In this document: one piece after another, positions 10,541-23,142 of the stretch
Layout of the letters: each line of letters opens with the position of its first letter
Position numbering within the stretch: position 1 is the first letter of the stretch
Source of the DNA: Clostridium sp. 27_14
GTDB lineage: Bacteria > Bacillota > Clostridia > TANB77 > CAG-508
NCBI GenBank assembly: GCA_001916035.1
Contig: MNRQ01000020.1
Coordinates: 5,819-69,818 of the forward strand
Length of the DNA stretch: 64,000 bases
Direction: 5' to 3'
Made by a program: the position numbers and the translations under genes
The notes under the pieces: generated by a model
The model's database searches: none
The model's input: only the letters and a program-made list of their open reading frames with translations
Told to the model about the DNA's origin: nothing

Positions 10541-13500
10541 TTAACTCAAAAACACCTCTACATTTATAACACCAGCATTTTCTTGAAGCCTAATCTCATT
10601 AGAACTTTGCTCTTTACCATCAATAACTACTTTCTTAACACCTATTTCATTCCCATTTGGATTTTCAACTAATATATTATAAAGTGTATTTTTCCATTTA
10701 TATCTTACAGAAAAAGTTTTCCAATCTTTAGGTATACATGGATTAATTTTTAAAATTCCTTTCTCTATTTTTATTCCTAATATATATTCTACTCCAGCTT
10801 TATAATACCAACAAGATGAACCTGTATACCATGTCCAGCCACCTCTTCCTGCCAAATTTCCTGCACCATAAATATCTGCTGGCATTACATAAGGTTCTAC
10901 TTTATATTTTTTTGCCATCTCTTTTGTTCTAGCATGTTCTATCGGATTTATCATTTTATATAGCTCAAATGCCTTTTCACCAAAGCCTAACATAGCCTCT
11001 GCAATAACTACCCAACAACTTGCATGTGTATACTGGCCTCCATTTTCTCTTACTCCAGGCAAATACGCTTTTATATATCCAGGTTCTAATTTACCTTTTT
11101 CAAATGGTGGATCTAACAATTTTATTATTCCATTTTCTTTATCAACAAGATGATTTTCCAAACTTTCCATTGATATATATCTCTTATCATTATCACCCGC
11201 ATTTGATATTATTGACCAACTTTGCGCTATACTATCTATTCTACATTCCTCATTTTCCATACTTCCAAGTACTTGACCATCATCTGTAAATGCTCTTTTA
11301 TACCATCTACCATCCCAACCACTAGTATTTAAAGCTCTCCTTAATTCTTGTTTTATTTTTTTATATCTTTCAACTCTATCAAAATCACCATTTTCTTCTA
11401 CTATTTTTATAAATCTATCTAATATATTATATAAGAAAAATCCAAGCCATACACTTTCACCTTTGCCCTTATTACCAACTTCGCTCATTCCATCATTCCA
11501 GTCTCCTGAACCAATTCTAGGTAATCCATGCTCTCCAAAATTTAATGCTTTCTCTATTGCTTTTACACAATGTTCATATATCGTCCCCATTTTTTCACTT
11601 TCAATATATCTATCATATCTCTCATCTATCCCTTGTTCCAATATTTGACCTTTTAAATAGGGCGTTTCAATATCTAAAATTTGATTATCTCCAGTAAAAT
11701 CCATATACTCTAATGTAGCATACACAAGCCATAACAAATCATCAGAAAATCTTGTTCTTATACCTCTTTTAGTTTCATCATGCCACCAATGTTCTACATC
11801 TCCTTCTTCAAATTGATGTTTACTATGTTTTATTATCTGTTGTTTTAAATATTCTGAATCCACATATTTTAAACAAAACGTATCTTGTAATTGATCTCTA
11901 AAACCATACGCTCCACCTGATTGATAATATCCCGTTTTTCCCAATAATCTACTCGATATTGTTTGATATAATGTCCAACCATTAAGCATTATATTTATTG
12001 ATTCTATTGGTGTATATACTTGTAATTTTTCTAATTTATCTTTCCACTCACTTTTTATAATTTCTAATTCTTGTTTGCAATTCTGAATCTTACTATATTT
12101 ATACGCAATATTCTTACTATCTAAAATACTTTCCTCTGCTCCTAACAATATAGAAATTTCTTTTTCTCCAAAACTTTCTATTTCCACTTCTATTTGATAA
12201 ACAGCACAACTACTTTTTCCTAAACTTCCTATGTTATTCAACATTACTTTTCTTATTCCATTTGGATTTTCAATTCCACCATTTCCAAAAAAGAATTTTT
12301 TATCACCTGTATAAGATTTTATTTTTTCACTACTCGACATATAAACAACTTCTCTAAAATCACTATTATACAAATTTTCCGCAATTAACACATTATTATT
12401 TTTGTCATATTTCAAATTTATATATTCTGTTATTTTTTGTTCATCTTCTCCTATAACAAGTTTGTTATAATAATAAATCTTTAATTTTTTTCTGTTTGGC
12501 GTAGTATTTTTCAAATGTAATATTTGAACCTTTATACTATCCTCTTTTGGCACAAATACATCTAATACCTGCTCAATTCCATTACTTTTATGAATATATT
12601 TTGCATATCCAAATCCATAAACAACATCATACTCATTATTATCTGGCATCGGATTCAACCCCAAAGACCATACTTTTTTAGTTTCCTCATCTTTTAAATA
12701 TATAGCCTCTGATGGTATATCATAATTTGGCATATTAGCCCATGAAGTTATACGATTTAACCTACTATTTTTATACCACGTATATCCACCCATATTTTCT
12801 GTAACCAATGTTCCAAATTTTTTATTTGCCAATATATGTGACCATACTGTAGGTAATCTATTCTTCCTATTTAATTTTATTAAATATTCTTTTCCGTCAC
12901 TTGAAAAAGCACCATACTCATTAAAATATTTCAAATCATCATCAATTTTAAAAAAACTATTATTTTCTATTTTTTCCTCTTTTATCACAATTGAGCTTTC
13001 TTCATCTTCTAAAACTTCTGTTTTTTCAAAGTACTCTTCTTCTATATCGCTTATTGCATTTTTTAAACTTCCTTTATTACTATCAATTATCACTGTAGCA
13101 ACAAATTCTAATAATTCCATATCTTTTTTATCTATTTCATTTTTATTAAGTTGGAATATACCACCTCTTATATTTTTTAAATATGCTAAATGTGAATTTA
13201 ACACTATATTTTCCATTTCTTCTCTTACATAATTTTCATAACTATGTTTTTCTTCATCAATTAACACTAATTCCACTTCTACTTTTTTTATTCTAAAAAA
13301 CTCAAATGCTTTTAATATTTGTTTAATAACATCAGAATCATTCAAGTCTTTTACTTTTACCAAAATTATTGGCAAATCTCCTGATATTCCATATTTCCAC
13401 AATTCACTTTGTTCATACATTTTCTTAGGCAATTTATCTAGTTGAGATTTTTTACTTGGATTATCAAAAATAATATAAGATAATAATTTTTGATATTGTT

Positions 13501-16500
13501 CTATATCTTTTCCCTTTATTCTTAAATACCTACTTTGTGCTTCTATCTGTGCTTTTGATATTTCAAATGCTTTTTCCACATTTTCTTTATTTTGATATTT
13601 TTTAATATTCTCTAATGGAATTTCTTTGCTTTCACCAACTGCTATTATTAAATCCAATTCTATTTTTTCTTGTGGTTTTATCTTTACCGTCCTTTTTAAT
13701 GCAACTATACCTTCCGTTACTAATGATATTTTTTGTGATAATGGAGTTGAATTTCTTATCATCTCTGGAACTTGTATATTTCCTCTTCCTGTAAATTTCT
13801 CTTTATCTATTTCAAATTCCAGTTGCCCTATAGTTTCCATTTCTGGTGCAAATAAATTTACTGCTAAATATATTTTTTTCTCACTTTTCTCTCTTGTTCT
13901 CCTTTTCACTAATATACTATTTGTTTCTTCATCATAATCAAACTTTAAAAACAAATTATTAAACACTGGATGTGCATAATCTTGTTCTTTTTTTGAAAGT
14001 ACTGGCTCAAAATATGTGGTTACTTCTAATATTTCTTCTTCTAATCCCCTATTTTCTAAAGTGATTTTTTTAATTTCAGAAATATCATTAGGAGTGACAA
14101 TTGTTTGTATTTTTGTTTTTATATTATCCTGCTCTATTTCCTGTTCAATCTTATCTGGCATAAAACTTATTTTATAATTATTAGTTTCCTTATATTGGCA
14201 CGAGCTCCATATATTTTTTGTTTTAATATTTTTTATATCAACAAAAATCCCTTGTGGATAATCATCTGTTTTCTTAAATCTATTTATATATATATCTTTA
14301 TATTTACTTACTCCCTCTCCTTTTTGATTCATTGCTATTACATAATCTTCATTTGATATAACATTTCCACGTATCAATCGATCATCTAATTTGTCATAAG
14401 AAACAACACTATAATCTTCATAATCCTGATATTTTGGCTTTTCTATTTTTTCTTTAGTTTCCTTAGTTATTATTGACGTTTCAGGCATTCTTTCTTGTAA
14501 AAGTATCGATACACTACTTATTTCTGGATTTTCAACAAATCTTTTTTGTAATATATTATTATTAAATAAATTATTTATTGCTAATAATATTAGTGCTTGA
14601 TGATGTGCCATATAAGTTTTAACAGGTGTTGCCTTTTCTACTCTTTCAGGCGTAAAATCTATTGATTCATAAAAACCATATTTTCCATTCATTCCATATT
14701 CTTCTAGTACTTTCAAGTTTTTTATAACCTCTTGTGGTTGATCAGAAACCGCCAAAACACTTCCATAAGTTGATGTAACCATTTCATCTGCTAATCCTCT
14801 TTTTAAACCTAACCATGGTATTCCAAAAGCCTTATATTGATAATTTCCTTGTAAATCCTTTAAATTAAAAGCCGCTTCTGAAATTCCCCAAGGTATCTGC
14901 AATTTTTTAGCATACTCCTTTTGGCTCATTATCATAAATTTACATGATTCATCTAACAAACTTCCCTCATATTTTGGAATATTAATATTAGGCATTAAAT
15001 ATTCAAAAGATGTTCCAGACCATGATATTAACCCTTTATATTTTCCCAATATTGTAAGTGTTCTACTTAATTTATTCCAATGCTTTGCAGGCACATCTTT
15101 TTTTGCAATTGCCACTAAACTTGCCTGTCTAGCCTCAGAAGATAATAAATCATAATATGAATCAGTTAATTTATTTTCCTCTATATTATAGCCTATAGAA
15201 AAAATCTGTTTTTCCTTATCATATAATAAAGAAAAATCCGTTTCATTTATCATTGTATCTATATAATTTATATAAAATTCTAAATCTGGTAAATTCGATT
15301 GTTCCAAAAAAGTTTTTGTAGTATATAAATATCCAACAAAATTTCCACTATCAACTGTTGATATATATCTTGGTATCAATGGTTTTTTAGTTATCGTATC
15401 ATACCAATTATATAAATGCCCATTCCATTTTTCCAAACTTATTATTGTATCTAATATCTTTTTTAATAATTCGATTGTCTTTTCCAAAGTTATAAAACCT
15501 AAATCATAACTTGATATTACTGCTAATAACGAAAGTCCTATATTGGTAGAAGATGTTCTTGATACAGTCTTTTGCTTTCTTCCTTCTTGATAATTGTCTG
15601 TTATTAAATAATTATTTTTCTCATTCAAATATGTTTCAAAAAATGCCCATGTTGATTTTGCAATACTTAATAAATATTGTTTATTTTCATTACTTAAAGT
15701 CTCTATTGGCGTTTTTTTCTTTGTTTCTTTACTTATTTCACACATTATAAAGGGAATTAATACCCACAAAATTCCCAATAAAACACCAAATATATTTTTT
15801 ATATTAAAATTATAAACATTTAATATTATTGTAATTATTCCAAAAATCCAGCTTATTGCCATTTGTTTATAATAAGAAAATACATCTGTTTTTGATTGCT
15901 TTTCTGCCTCTTCTGATGTCATCCATTCTAATAAATGTTTTTTACTTATATTTTTTCTATATATTGTCTTTAATATTGATTTTAATGAAACATAAGATTT
16001 ATATGGCAAACATCCTAAAGTTATTATCGCCCTTAAAATTATACCTTTAATTCCTGATATTTGTGGTGCAAAAGTCTTTTGTCTCTGCTCGCCATCCTTC
16101 TTGCAAATACATTTATTTATCAATTCCAATATTTGAGAGATTATCACTATTAATGATATAAATATTAATAAACCTTTTACTGATATTTGATAAATATATC
16201 CCAAAATTGTTACATAAATAGCTACTACTATTATTGATATTTCTAATAAACTTCTTCTTAAGTTATCTCTTATTTTATATTTTGAAAGTAAATTTAATTT
16301 CCTACTTTTTAACCAATTGGTTATTTGCCAATCTCCTCTAATCCATCTTGAAAGTCTGTTCATAAAACTATTATATTTTGTTGGATATCCATCCATTAGC
16401 ATTATGTCAGAAACCAAACCACATCTTAAATAACAACCTTCTAATAAATCATGGCTCAATACAGTATTTTCTGGTATCTCATCTTTCAAAACTTTTGAAA

Positions 16501-18647
16501 ATACTTGTAAATCATATATTCCCTTTCCAGTAAAAATTCCTTCTTTAAAATTATCTTGATATATATCAGATATGGCATTTGTATAATTATCAATACCTCC
16601 TGCCCCTGCAAATATCTTTGTAAAAATTGTTTTTAAACTCACATCTAAATTAACTCCAACACGTGGCTGCATTATTCCATACCCATCAACAACCACATTT
16701 TTTTGTTCATCTATAACTGGAGTATTCAATATATGTGACATTGCTCCTACTAACTCTTGTGCTGTATTTAACACTAAATCTGTATCTGCATCCAAAGTTA
16801 TTATATATTTTATTTGTGGAATTTTTTCTATACTATTATATAAAAAAGGATCTGCTAAATTTTTTAGTAAATACTCATTTAACTGATTTAACATTCCTCT
16901 TTTTCTTTCCCAACCTAAATAACTTCCTTCTTTTTCATTCCATACTCTTTTTCTATAAACAAAATTAAAAATAGGTATTTCATATTCTTTACTATATTTT
17001 TTATTCAATATCTCTATTTGCTTTTTTCCTTCCTCTATTACTCCCTTATCAAAATCTTCTTTTTCTTTACTACTTTCAGAACAATCTCCTAATAATGTAA
17101 AATACAAATTTTCCGATTTATTTGCTATATAAAAAACTTCTAACTTTTTCATTAATTCTTTCACTTTTTCACTTGTTTTCACTATTGTCGGTATAACAAC
17201 CATTGTAGCCTTTTCTTCTGGTATCCCATTTTGATAATCCATTTTTGGAATCAGCTTAGGTTTTACAACTTCATTTAAAATAAATTGCACTATTTGTGTT
17301 ACTATCTCACTGCATGGTATTAATAATAATATTACCAATACTACATTTAAAATTATTCTTGTAGTCATTGAAATTTCTACATTTTCTCTTATCATTTCGC
17401 AATTAAATATTACTGTTATTAATGTTGAAAGTAGCACTGTAAGTATAATTATTAGTGATATAAATTGTTGTACTTTTACCTTACTACTTCTTGTTTTTCT
17501 GTATTTACATTTTAGATTTTCATATAATGTCTCTAGCCCATTATCAATTAAATAATACCCAATATGCGCCTTTTTACCTTCTCCTTTTTTTGCTATTTCT
17601 AATATTTTTCGTGCTATATATATTTCTGATATTTTTGTTTTTTCAGATATCTCTTTTATTTTATTTCTATAATATTCCTTTGTTTTCCAATCCATATTTT
17701 GATATACATTACTTGGATCTTGTTTTAATACATCCTCTACACCATTTATCTTTTCAAAAATTTCTAAAAAATTTATTCTTTGTATTGTTTTTAAACTTGT
17801 TATACTATTCCCTATCAATACTTTTTGTATTGCAACATCAAAATGTTCTTTTTGTATTACTTCTGAAACTGTCATTCCGTGTTTTTTCTACTATTTCCTC
17901 TAAAACTTTTAAATACCTTGTTCCTTTTTTACCATATCTTTTTAATGTATATGACATATATTCTATAAATGGATATCTCATATCTTTTAACATTACTTTA
18001 TTAAAGTTATGCGTCTTTTCTTTATATTCTTTATAAATCTGCTCTTGTTTTGTTTTTCCATCTATTAATCTTTCTACTATACTTTCTACTTTATACTTTT
18101 GAGCTTGATTACTTGCTATTTTTTCACTTATCTGTGCTATATTGTGAATTATAGCTATTTGTATAAATGTACCTATATTCCATATTTCATCCATACTCAA
18201 CGTTTTTTTATTTTGATAACTTTGTAAATATTCTTCTAAATTTTCTTTTTCTATTTTATTTTCTGTATATGCTACAATTTCACTAGCTAACACATATATT
18301 CTTGCATATCCTGCATATTCCCCATTTGCTATTCCTACAAAATTTATATACTTTTTTAATGTTAATTCTTTTTCTATTTGTTTTACTGTTTCCTCTATTA
18401 TATAGAAATTATCTAATAACCACTCACCTGCTGGATGTATATTTATTTTCATACTTACATGTTGATTTAACATTTTATATACTTCTTTTATAATTTCATA
18501 GTCTTTTATTAGTTCTGGCACTGGATATGTGTCTTTTTGACTTTTATTAATTATATTATGGCTTGATGCTATTTTTTCTAAATGTTTTTTTAATTGTTCT
18601 TTTTCTAGCATAGTACCATTTATTTGTAATTTTTTATTTTCTTTCAA
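10541..18647 (-). CDS. cyclic beta-1,2-glucan synthase-like giant protein (Cgs/NdvB architecture: GT84 + glucoamylase-like + GH94 phosphorylase), ~2,700 aa, split by a +1 frameshift
   Basis: N-terminal AGEWLLDNFY motif. GT region with VVIPTIVK...ITLDADTDL. Multiple TM segments. Central TSSTNIGLSLLAVISSYDLGFIT. C-terminal GH94-like YQSGGAYGFRDQLQD and ...RENGGQYTHA. ORFs 17838-18647 and 10541-17875 join at 17877-17879. Confidence 0.75.
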
Positions 18648-18769
18648 AAAAATTCCACTCCTTGCACATAAGTTCTTTTATACTTATTGTTTACAAAAAG
18701 TGGATTTTTATACTATTAAATACTCTTTACTTTAACTTGTTTTTAATTTATTTTTCAATTAAAATTATC

Positions 18770-19591
18770 TTAAGAAATTTCCATTTCTGAATCTCCTTTT
18801 GATTGCTCATTCAATTCCTTTACACGTTTTTGATATGCTTCTTCTAGTTTTTCATAATTCTCTTTGCTTCCTTTTAATCTCACATAATAATCAGATTCCA
18901 CATAAGGATTATTAGGCTCACTTCCTAAAATCATTTGCTGAATTTCTACTGGAACATATTCTCCATCTATCTCTCCCATTCCAGCTATTGCTGTATGATT
19001 CTCTTTATCTATTATTGCTATAACATTTTCTATATCTTCTGCATCTACCCAATCAATATCCCTACCTTCTTCTCCTAAATTAGCTATATGATTTTGGATA
19101 TATTTTACCTTATCTTCAGAATCATAAGATCTATATATATTTCCATTACCTAAACTTTCCTTTACAATTCCTAAATCTTCTCTATTTATTTTTTCAACTT
19201 CATCTGGCATTTGGCTATTATACTTCTCTAATATTTTCTCCATAACATCTGTAGTATTAGACAATTCATCTGTATTTTCCAACTCATCAGCACTAACTTT
19301 TATTCTATTATAAAAATCTTCTGTAGCCTGTTGTTTTTGTGCTTCATATTGTCTTTCATCAATCTCTGCTTGCATGGCTAATTTTTTAGCTGCTTTATCT
19401 ACTTTTGCATCTGTATAACTACCTACTCCCAATGTTGCTGCTATTGCTAAAGCAGAAACAACTCCAAATATTTTTATTTTTTTAATCTCGTTTCTTCTTT
19501 CCATTTCTTTTCTTTTTATTACTGCAATTCTTCTTGCATCCTTCTTACCTTTTAACTCTAAATTTATTACTTTATCATTATTATTTTTCAT
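18770..19591 (-). CDS. hypothetical membrane-anchored protein
   Basis: Basic N-terminus, a single TM (IFGVVSALAIAATLGVGSY), and an acidic extracytoplasmic domain. Confidence 0.45.
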   Translation of the reverse strand: MKNNNDKVINLELKGKKDARRIAVIKRKEMERRNEIKKIKIFGVVSALAIAATLGVGSYTDAKVDKAAKKLAMQAEIDERQYEAQKQQATEDFYNRIKVSADELENTDELSNTTDVMEKILEKYNSQMPDEVEKINREDLGIVKESLGNGNIYRSYDSEDKVKYIQNHIANLGEEGRDIDWVDAEDIENVIAIIDKENHTAIAGMGEIDGEYVPVEIQQMILGSEPNNPYVESDYYVRLKGSKENYEKLEEAYQKRVKELNEQSKGDSEMEIS

Positions 19592-19827
19592 ACAAACTCC
19601 TCCTTTGACTAAACACTACACTTTTATTATACCACTTATTTCACAAAAACACAAATTTTTCAAAAAACCCGTTTTCGACAAAATTCTACATTTTAAAAAT
19701 TATTATAAACATAAGGCTTTTCAATACTTTTCCCGTTTTCGACATTTTTCACACTTTTAATTTTTTTTCATATTATATAACAAATAAACTATTTACTTGT
19801 TTATTTAAAGAAAGGTATGTGATAAAA

Positions 19828-20289
19828 ATGAAAATGGATTCAAATAAACCTCATTGCCCTATTTTAGATGTAGACGGCGTTATATCAGGAGGAAAACAAT
19901 TTGATTTAGACATAATATTACAAGAAGACAATCGTGACGTTATATATGGTGTTGTAAAAAACTGTTTTAAAGAGCCTGTTGCCAATGCAGTTGTAAAATT
20001 AGTTGAAGTAGCTTATGACTGTGGAAAAGAAGACAGAAGACCAATAGGACACACATTTACTGACAAAGAAGGAGAATTTGTTTTTGGACCTCTTTGTCCA
20101 GGAAGAAAATACGCTCTACAAATTTGGGCAAATGATACTAAAAAAATAAAAATTTGTGCAAAATGTTTCCACGAAGGAAAATGCTTAAAAGGCGAGAAAC
20201 ATGATAAATGTGATTGCTTTTTAAATGATGAAAAACACGAAAAGTGTGACAAAGATGAAAGATGCTGTGAAGATAATTGTGAAAAATAA
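19828..20289 (+). CDS. prealbumin/CarboxypepD_reg-like fold protein with a Cys/His/Lys-rich C-terminal tail
   Basis: VANAVVKLVEV...TFTDKEGEFVFGPLCPGRKYALQIW resembles the carboxypeptidase-regulatory/Cna-B beta-sandwich. The tail is CAKCFHEGKCLKGEKHDKCDCFLNDEKHEKCDKDERCCEDNCEK. Confidence 0.45.
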   Translation: MKMDSNKPHCPILDVDGVISGGKQFDLDIILQEDNRDVIYGVVKNCFKEPVANAVVKLVEVAYDCGKEDRRPIGHTFTDKEGEFVFGPLCPGRKYALQIWANDTKKIKICAKCFHEGKCLKGEKHDKCDCFLNDEKHEKCDKDERCCEDNCEK

Positions 20290-20410
20290 CACTTATATAG
20301 CTTAATAGTTATAGTTTTCATATATAAGAAAAATTGCTTAACATTCCTTATATATCACAATATAATTAAAGAAGGCATATTTTTAATAATGTGCCCTCTT
20401 TTTTTCTTTA

Positions 20411-20557
20411 TTACCAATTTTCTAATGTTCTAATCATTTTCTTACCCTTTTTCATTAACTTTTTCTTATTTTTATTTAACATATCACTTTCAGAATACAT
20501 CATTAAAACACCTGTTGCAAGTAAACCACCTATTACTAAACCTTTAGCAAATTTCAT
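20411..20557 (-). CDS. small membrane protein (48 aa)
   Basis: Own translation: MKFAKGLVIGGLLATGVLMMYSESDMLNKNKKKLMKKGKKMIRTLENW, with a GAAGGGA RBS upstream. Below the ORF-track size cutoff. Confidence 0.35.
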   Translation of the reverse strand: MKFAKGLVIGGLLATGVLMMYSESDMLNKNKKKLMKKGKKMIRTLENW

Positions 20558-20648
20558 AATATCACTTTCCCTTCTTTATAATTTACTTTTATTTTTGTCA
20601 ATTTTTTCTTTTTTATACTGTTTAATTATGGAATATATTTCATGTACA

Positions 20649-20864
20649 CTAACAACTAGTAAAAAAATTCCAAAATACTTCCTTAAACTTTTCAGAACTA
20701 TATTCACTTTCAAATTTGAAGAAATAATCCCCGACCTTTGAACTGTAGTCCACACCGTTCACAAAGCTTTTATCAACAGTGTTCCATATGCCCTCTGCAG
20801 CAAAAGCGCTTTGCTGCATCATTATACCGATCGTCAGTATAATCGTCAGTATTTTTTTCATTTT
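20649..20864 (-). CDS. small secreted protein
   Basis: Start reset to MKMKKILTIILTIGIMMQQSAFAAEG (signal peptide), preceded by an AAGGAGGAGA RBS. Confidence 0.4.
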   Translation of the reverse strand, partial: KMKKILTIILTIGIMMQQSAFAAEGIWNTVDKSFVNGVDYSSKVGDYFFKFESEYSSEKFKEVFWNFFTSC

Positions 20865-20967
20865 CATTCTCCTCCTTAATAGTACCTCCTCCCATTCCAG
20901 TTCCACTAACAATTCCTGAAATAACTCCTATAACTATTTCAAACATTTTCCTTTCTCCTTTTTGTTT

Positions 20968-21177
20968 CTAGGTTATATGTTGCTCTGCGATTTCTGTAAT
21001 TACTTTGTCAAACCTATTTAGTTGATAAATTAATTCTTTTCGTAGCTTTTCCTCTTTTACATTATCTAATAAATCTAGAAACTTTTGTAACTCAAATAGA
21101 TATTTTTCATTTGTAGTCTTCCAGATGTGCTGATTATTAGCATTTTTCATTTTATCCCATTCCTTTCTTTTCGGCAC
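20968..21177 (-). CDS. hypothetical helical protein (69 aa)
   Basis: ORF only. No motif recognised. Confidence 0.3.
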   Translation of the reverse strand: MPKRKEWDKMKNANNQHIWKTTNEKYLFELQKFLDLLDNVKEEKLRKELIYQLNRFDKVITEIAEQHIT

Positions 21178-21195
21178 ATGAAAAAATTTTAGTCA

Positions 21196-21253
21196 CAAAC
21201 AAAAACGGACATAAATAACATATCCATTAACATTATAAAATCCGTGTCTTTTT
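21196..21253 (+). repeat. partial copy of the intergenic repeat (module 1 only)
   Basis: caaacaaaaacggacataaataacat...aaaatccgtgtcttttt parallels gaacaaaagcggac...gtccgcgtctttgttc. Confidence 0.5.
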
Positions 21254-21396
21254 AATAATTTTTTCAACATTTGCTTTTCTAAAATCTATTTGGCATTTTA
21301 TATTATGACATATTTTCCTATATTTTTACATTTTTATTTACAAAAATGCATTTTTAGTTTATGAACGTCAAATTTTTGTTATATTTTTATACATTA

Positions 21397-21756
21397 TTAT
21401 TTAAACAACATATTATATGATGCATAAATAAGAAAAATCGTGAAAACTATTTTCATTATTTTTTCCGGAAGTCTTTTTAAAATTTTTGCACCTATATATC
21501 CACCAATTGTTCCTCCAATAGCACATAATATTGCTATTTTCCACCCAATATAATTTTCCTTATAATAAAAGAAACTACTTGTTAAAACCATTGGTAAAAT
21601 ACAAAATATTGATGTTCCTCTAGCTCTTTTTGGTTCTTCCTTTAGCAAATATATAAAAGCCGGAACTAAAATTAAGCCACCACCTGTAGAAAATAAACCA
21701 CTAACAAAACCAGCTAAAAATCCAATTATAATTTTTTTTAAAAAATTTCTCATCAA
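21397..21756 (-). CDS. TauE/SafE-family anion exporter, half-size (119 aa)
   Basis: IIIGFLAGFVSGLFSTGGGLILVPAFIYLL glycine-rich first helix, four predicted TM segments. Confidence 0.6.
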   Translation of the reverse strand: MMRNFLKKIIIGFLAGFVSGLFSTGGGLILVPAFIYLLKEEPKRARGTSIFCILPMVLTSSFFYYKENYIGWKIAILCAIGGTIGGYIGAKILKRLPEKIMKIVFTIFLIYASYNMLFK

Positions 21757-21823
21757 AAAACCTACTTTTATAGTAGGTTTTCCTTTTTTATAAAAAATAT
21801 ACCTTTTATTTATTCTATTTATT

Positions 21824-23120
21824 TTATTGTTTTTTAGATTTTTCTTTTTGTTCTAATTTTTGCGGATTTATTTTTAGTTTATCATTTTCACCAGGCACAT
21901 AATATTTTTTATCTTTTATTTTCTCAGGTAAATATTGTTGTTCTACATAATTTCCAGGATAATCATGTGGATATAAATATCCCTGACCATATCCTAATTT
22001 TTCCATACCTTCTATTGGAGCATTCCTTATATACATAGGTATTTCTCCAGTATCACTATTTTTTACATCATCTAATGCATTATTTATTCCCATATAAGTT
22101 GAATTTGATTTTGGAGAATTAGCAACATAAACTGCTGCTTCCGCCAATATTATTCTTGCTTCTGGCATTCCTACTAGATGTACTGCTTGCATTGCACTAT
22201 TAGCAACTACTAAAGCATCTGGATTAGCTAACCCAACATCTTCTGAAGCACATATCATAATCCTTCTTGCTAAAAACATTGGATCTTCACCACCATCAAT
22301 TGCTCTTGCCAAATAGAATAACACTGCATCAGGATCAGAACCTCTCATAGATTTTATAAAAGCACTTATATTATCATAATGTGAATCTCCTTTTTTATCA
22401 AAAATCGCTTTTCTTTCTTGAATACTATTTTTTATATCGTCTTCAGTAATATGTATATATCCATCAGCTTGCATCTTTGTAGTTAACACTGCTACTTCTA
22501 GTCCATTTAAAGCTGTACGTACATCCCCATTACTAATTAAAGCTAGTTTTTTTAATAACTCATCATCTATTTTTACATTATATTCTCCGCAAACCTTCTT
22601 TACTTTTCAATGCATTTTTTAAAATTGTATATATATTTTCTATAGTTAATGGCTCTAATTTAATTACCATAGATCTTGATATTAAAGCCTTATTTACTTC
22701 AAAATACGGATTTTCTGTTGTTGCACCTATTAATATTATTGTTCCATTTTCTACATAAGGCAATAAAGCATCTTGTTGTAATTTATTGAATCTATGAATT
22801 TCATCAATAAATAAAATACTTTTTCCTGCTGGATTTAACATAAAATTTTTTGTTTCTTCTATTACTCTCTTTATATCTGAAACACCTGCTGATACGGCAT
22901 TTATTTTATAAAACTTATATTTCGTTGTTTCACTTATAACTCTTGCTAAAGATGTTTTTCCACAACCAGGAGGACCAAATAAAATAATACTTGACAACCT
23001 ATCTGCCTTTATTGTTCTATATAAAATCTTGCCTTTTCCTATTACATGTTCTTGTCCAACATATTCTTCCAAAGATTTTGGTCTTACCCTATATGCCAAT
23101 GGTTCATTTTGGTTTACCAT
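21824..23120 (-). CDS. rarA: replication-associated recombination protein A (RarA/MgsA), split by a +1 frameshift at an in-frame CGG
   Basis: RVRPKSLEEYVGQEHV, Walker A GPPGCGKTS, ILFIDEIHRFNKLQQDALLPYVENGTIILIGATTENPYFE, then after the shift SNGDVRTALNGLE and the C-terminal MgsA domain. Junction at 22587-22589. Confidence 0.85.
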
Positions 23121-23142
23121 CTTTACATTCATTCCTTCCATT

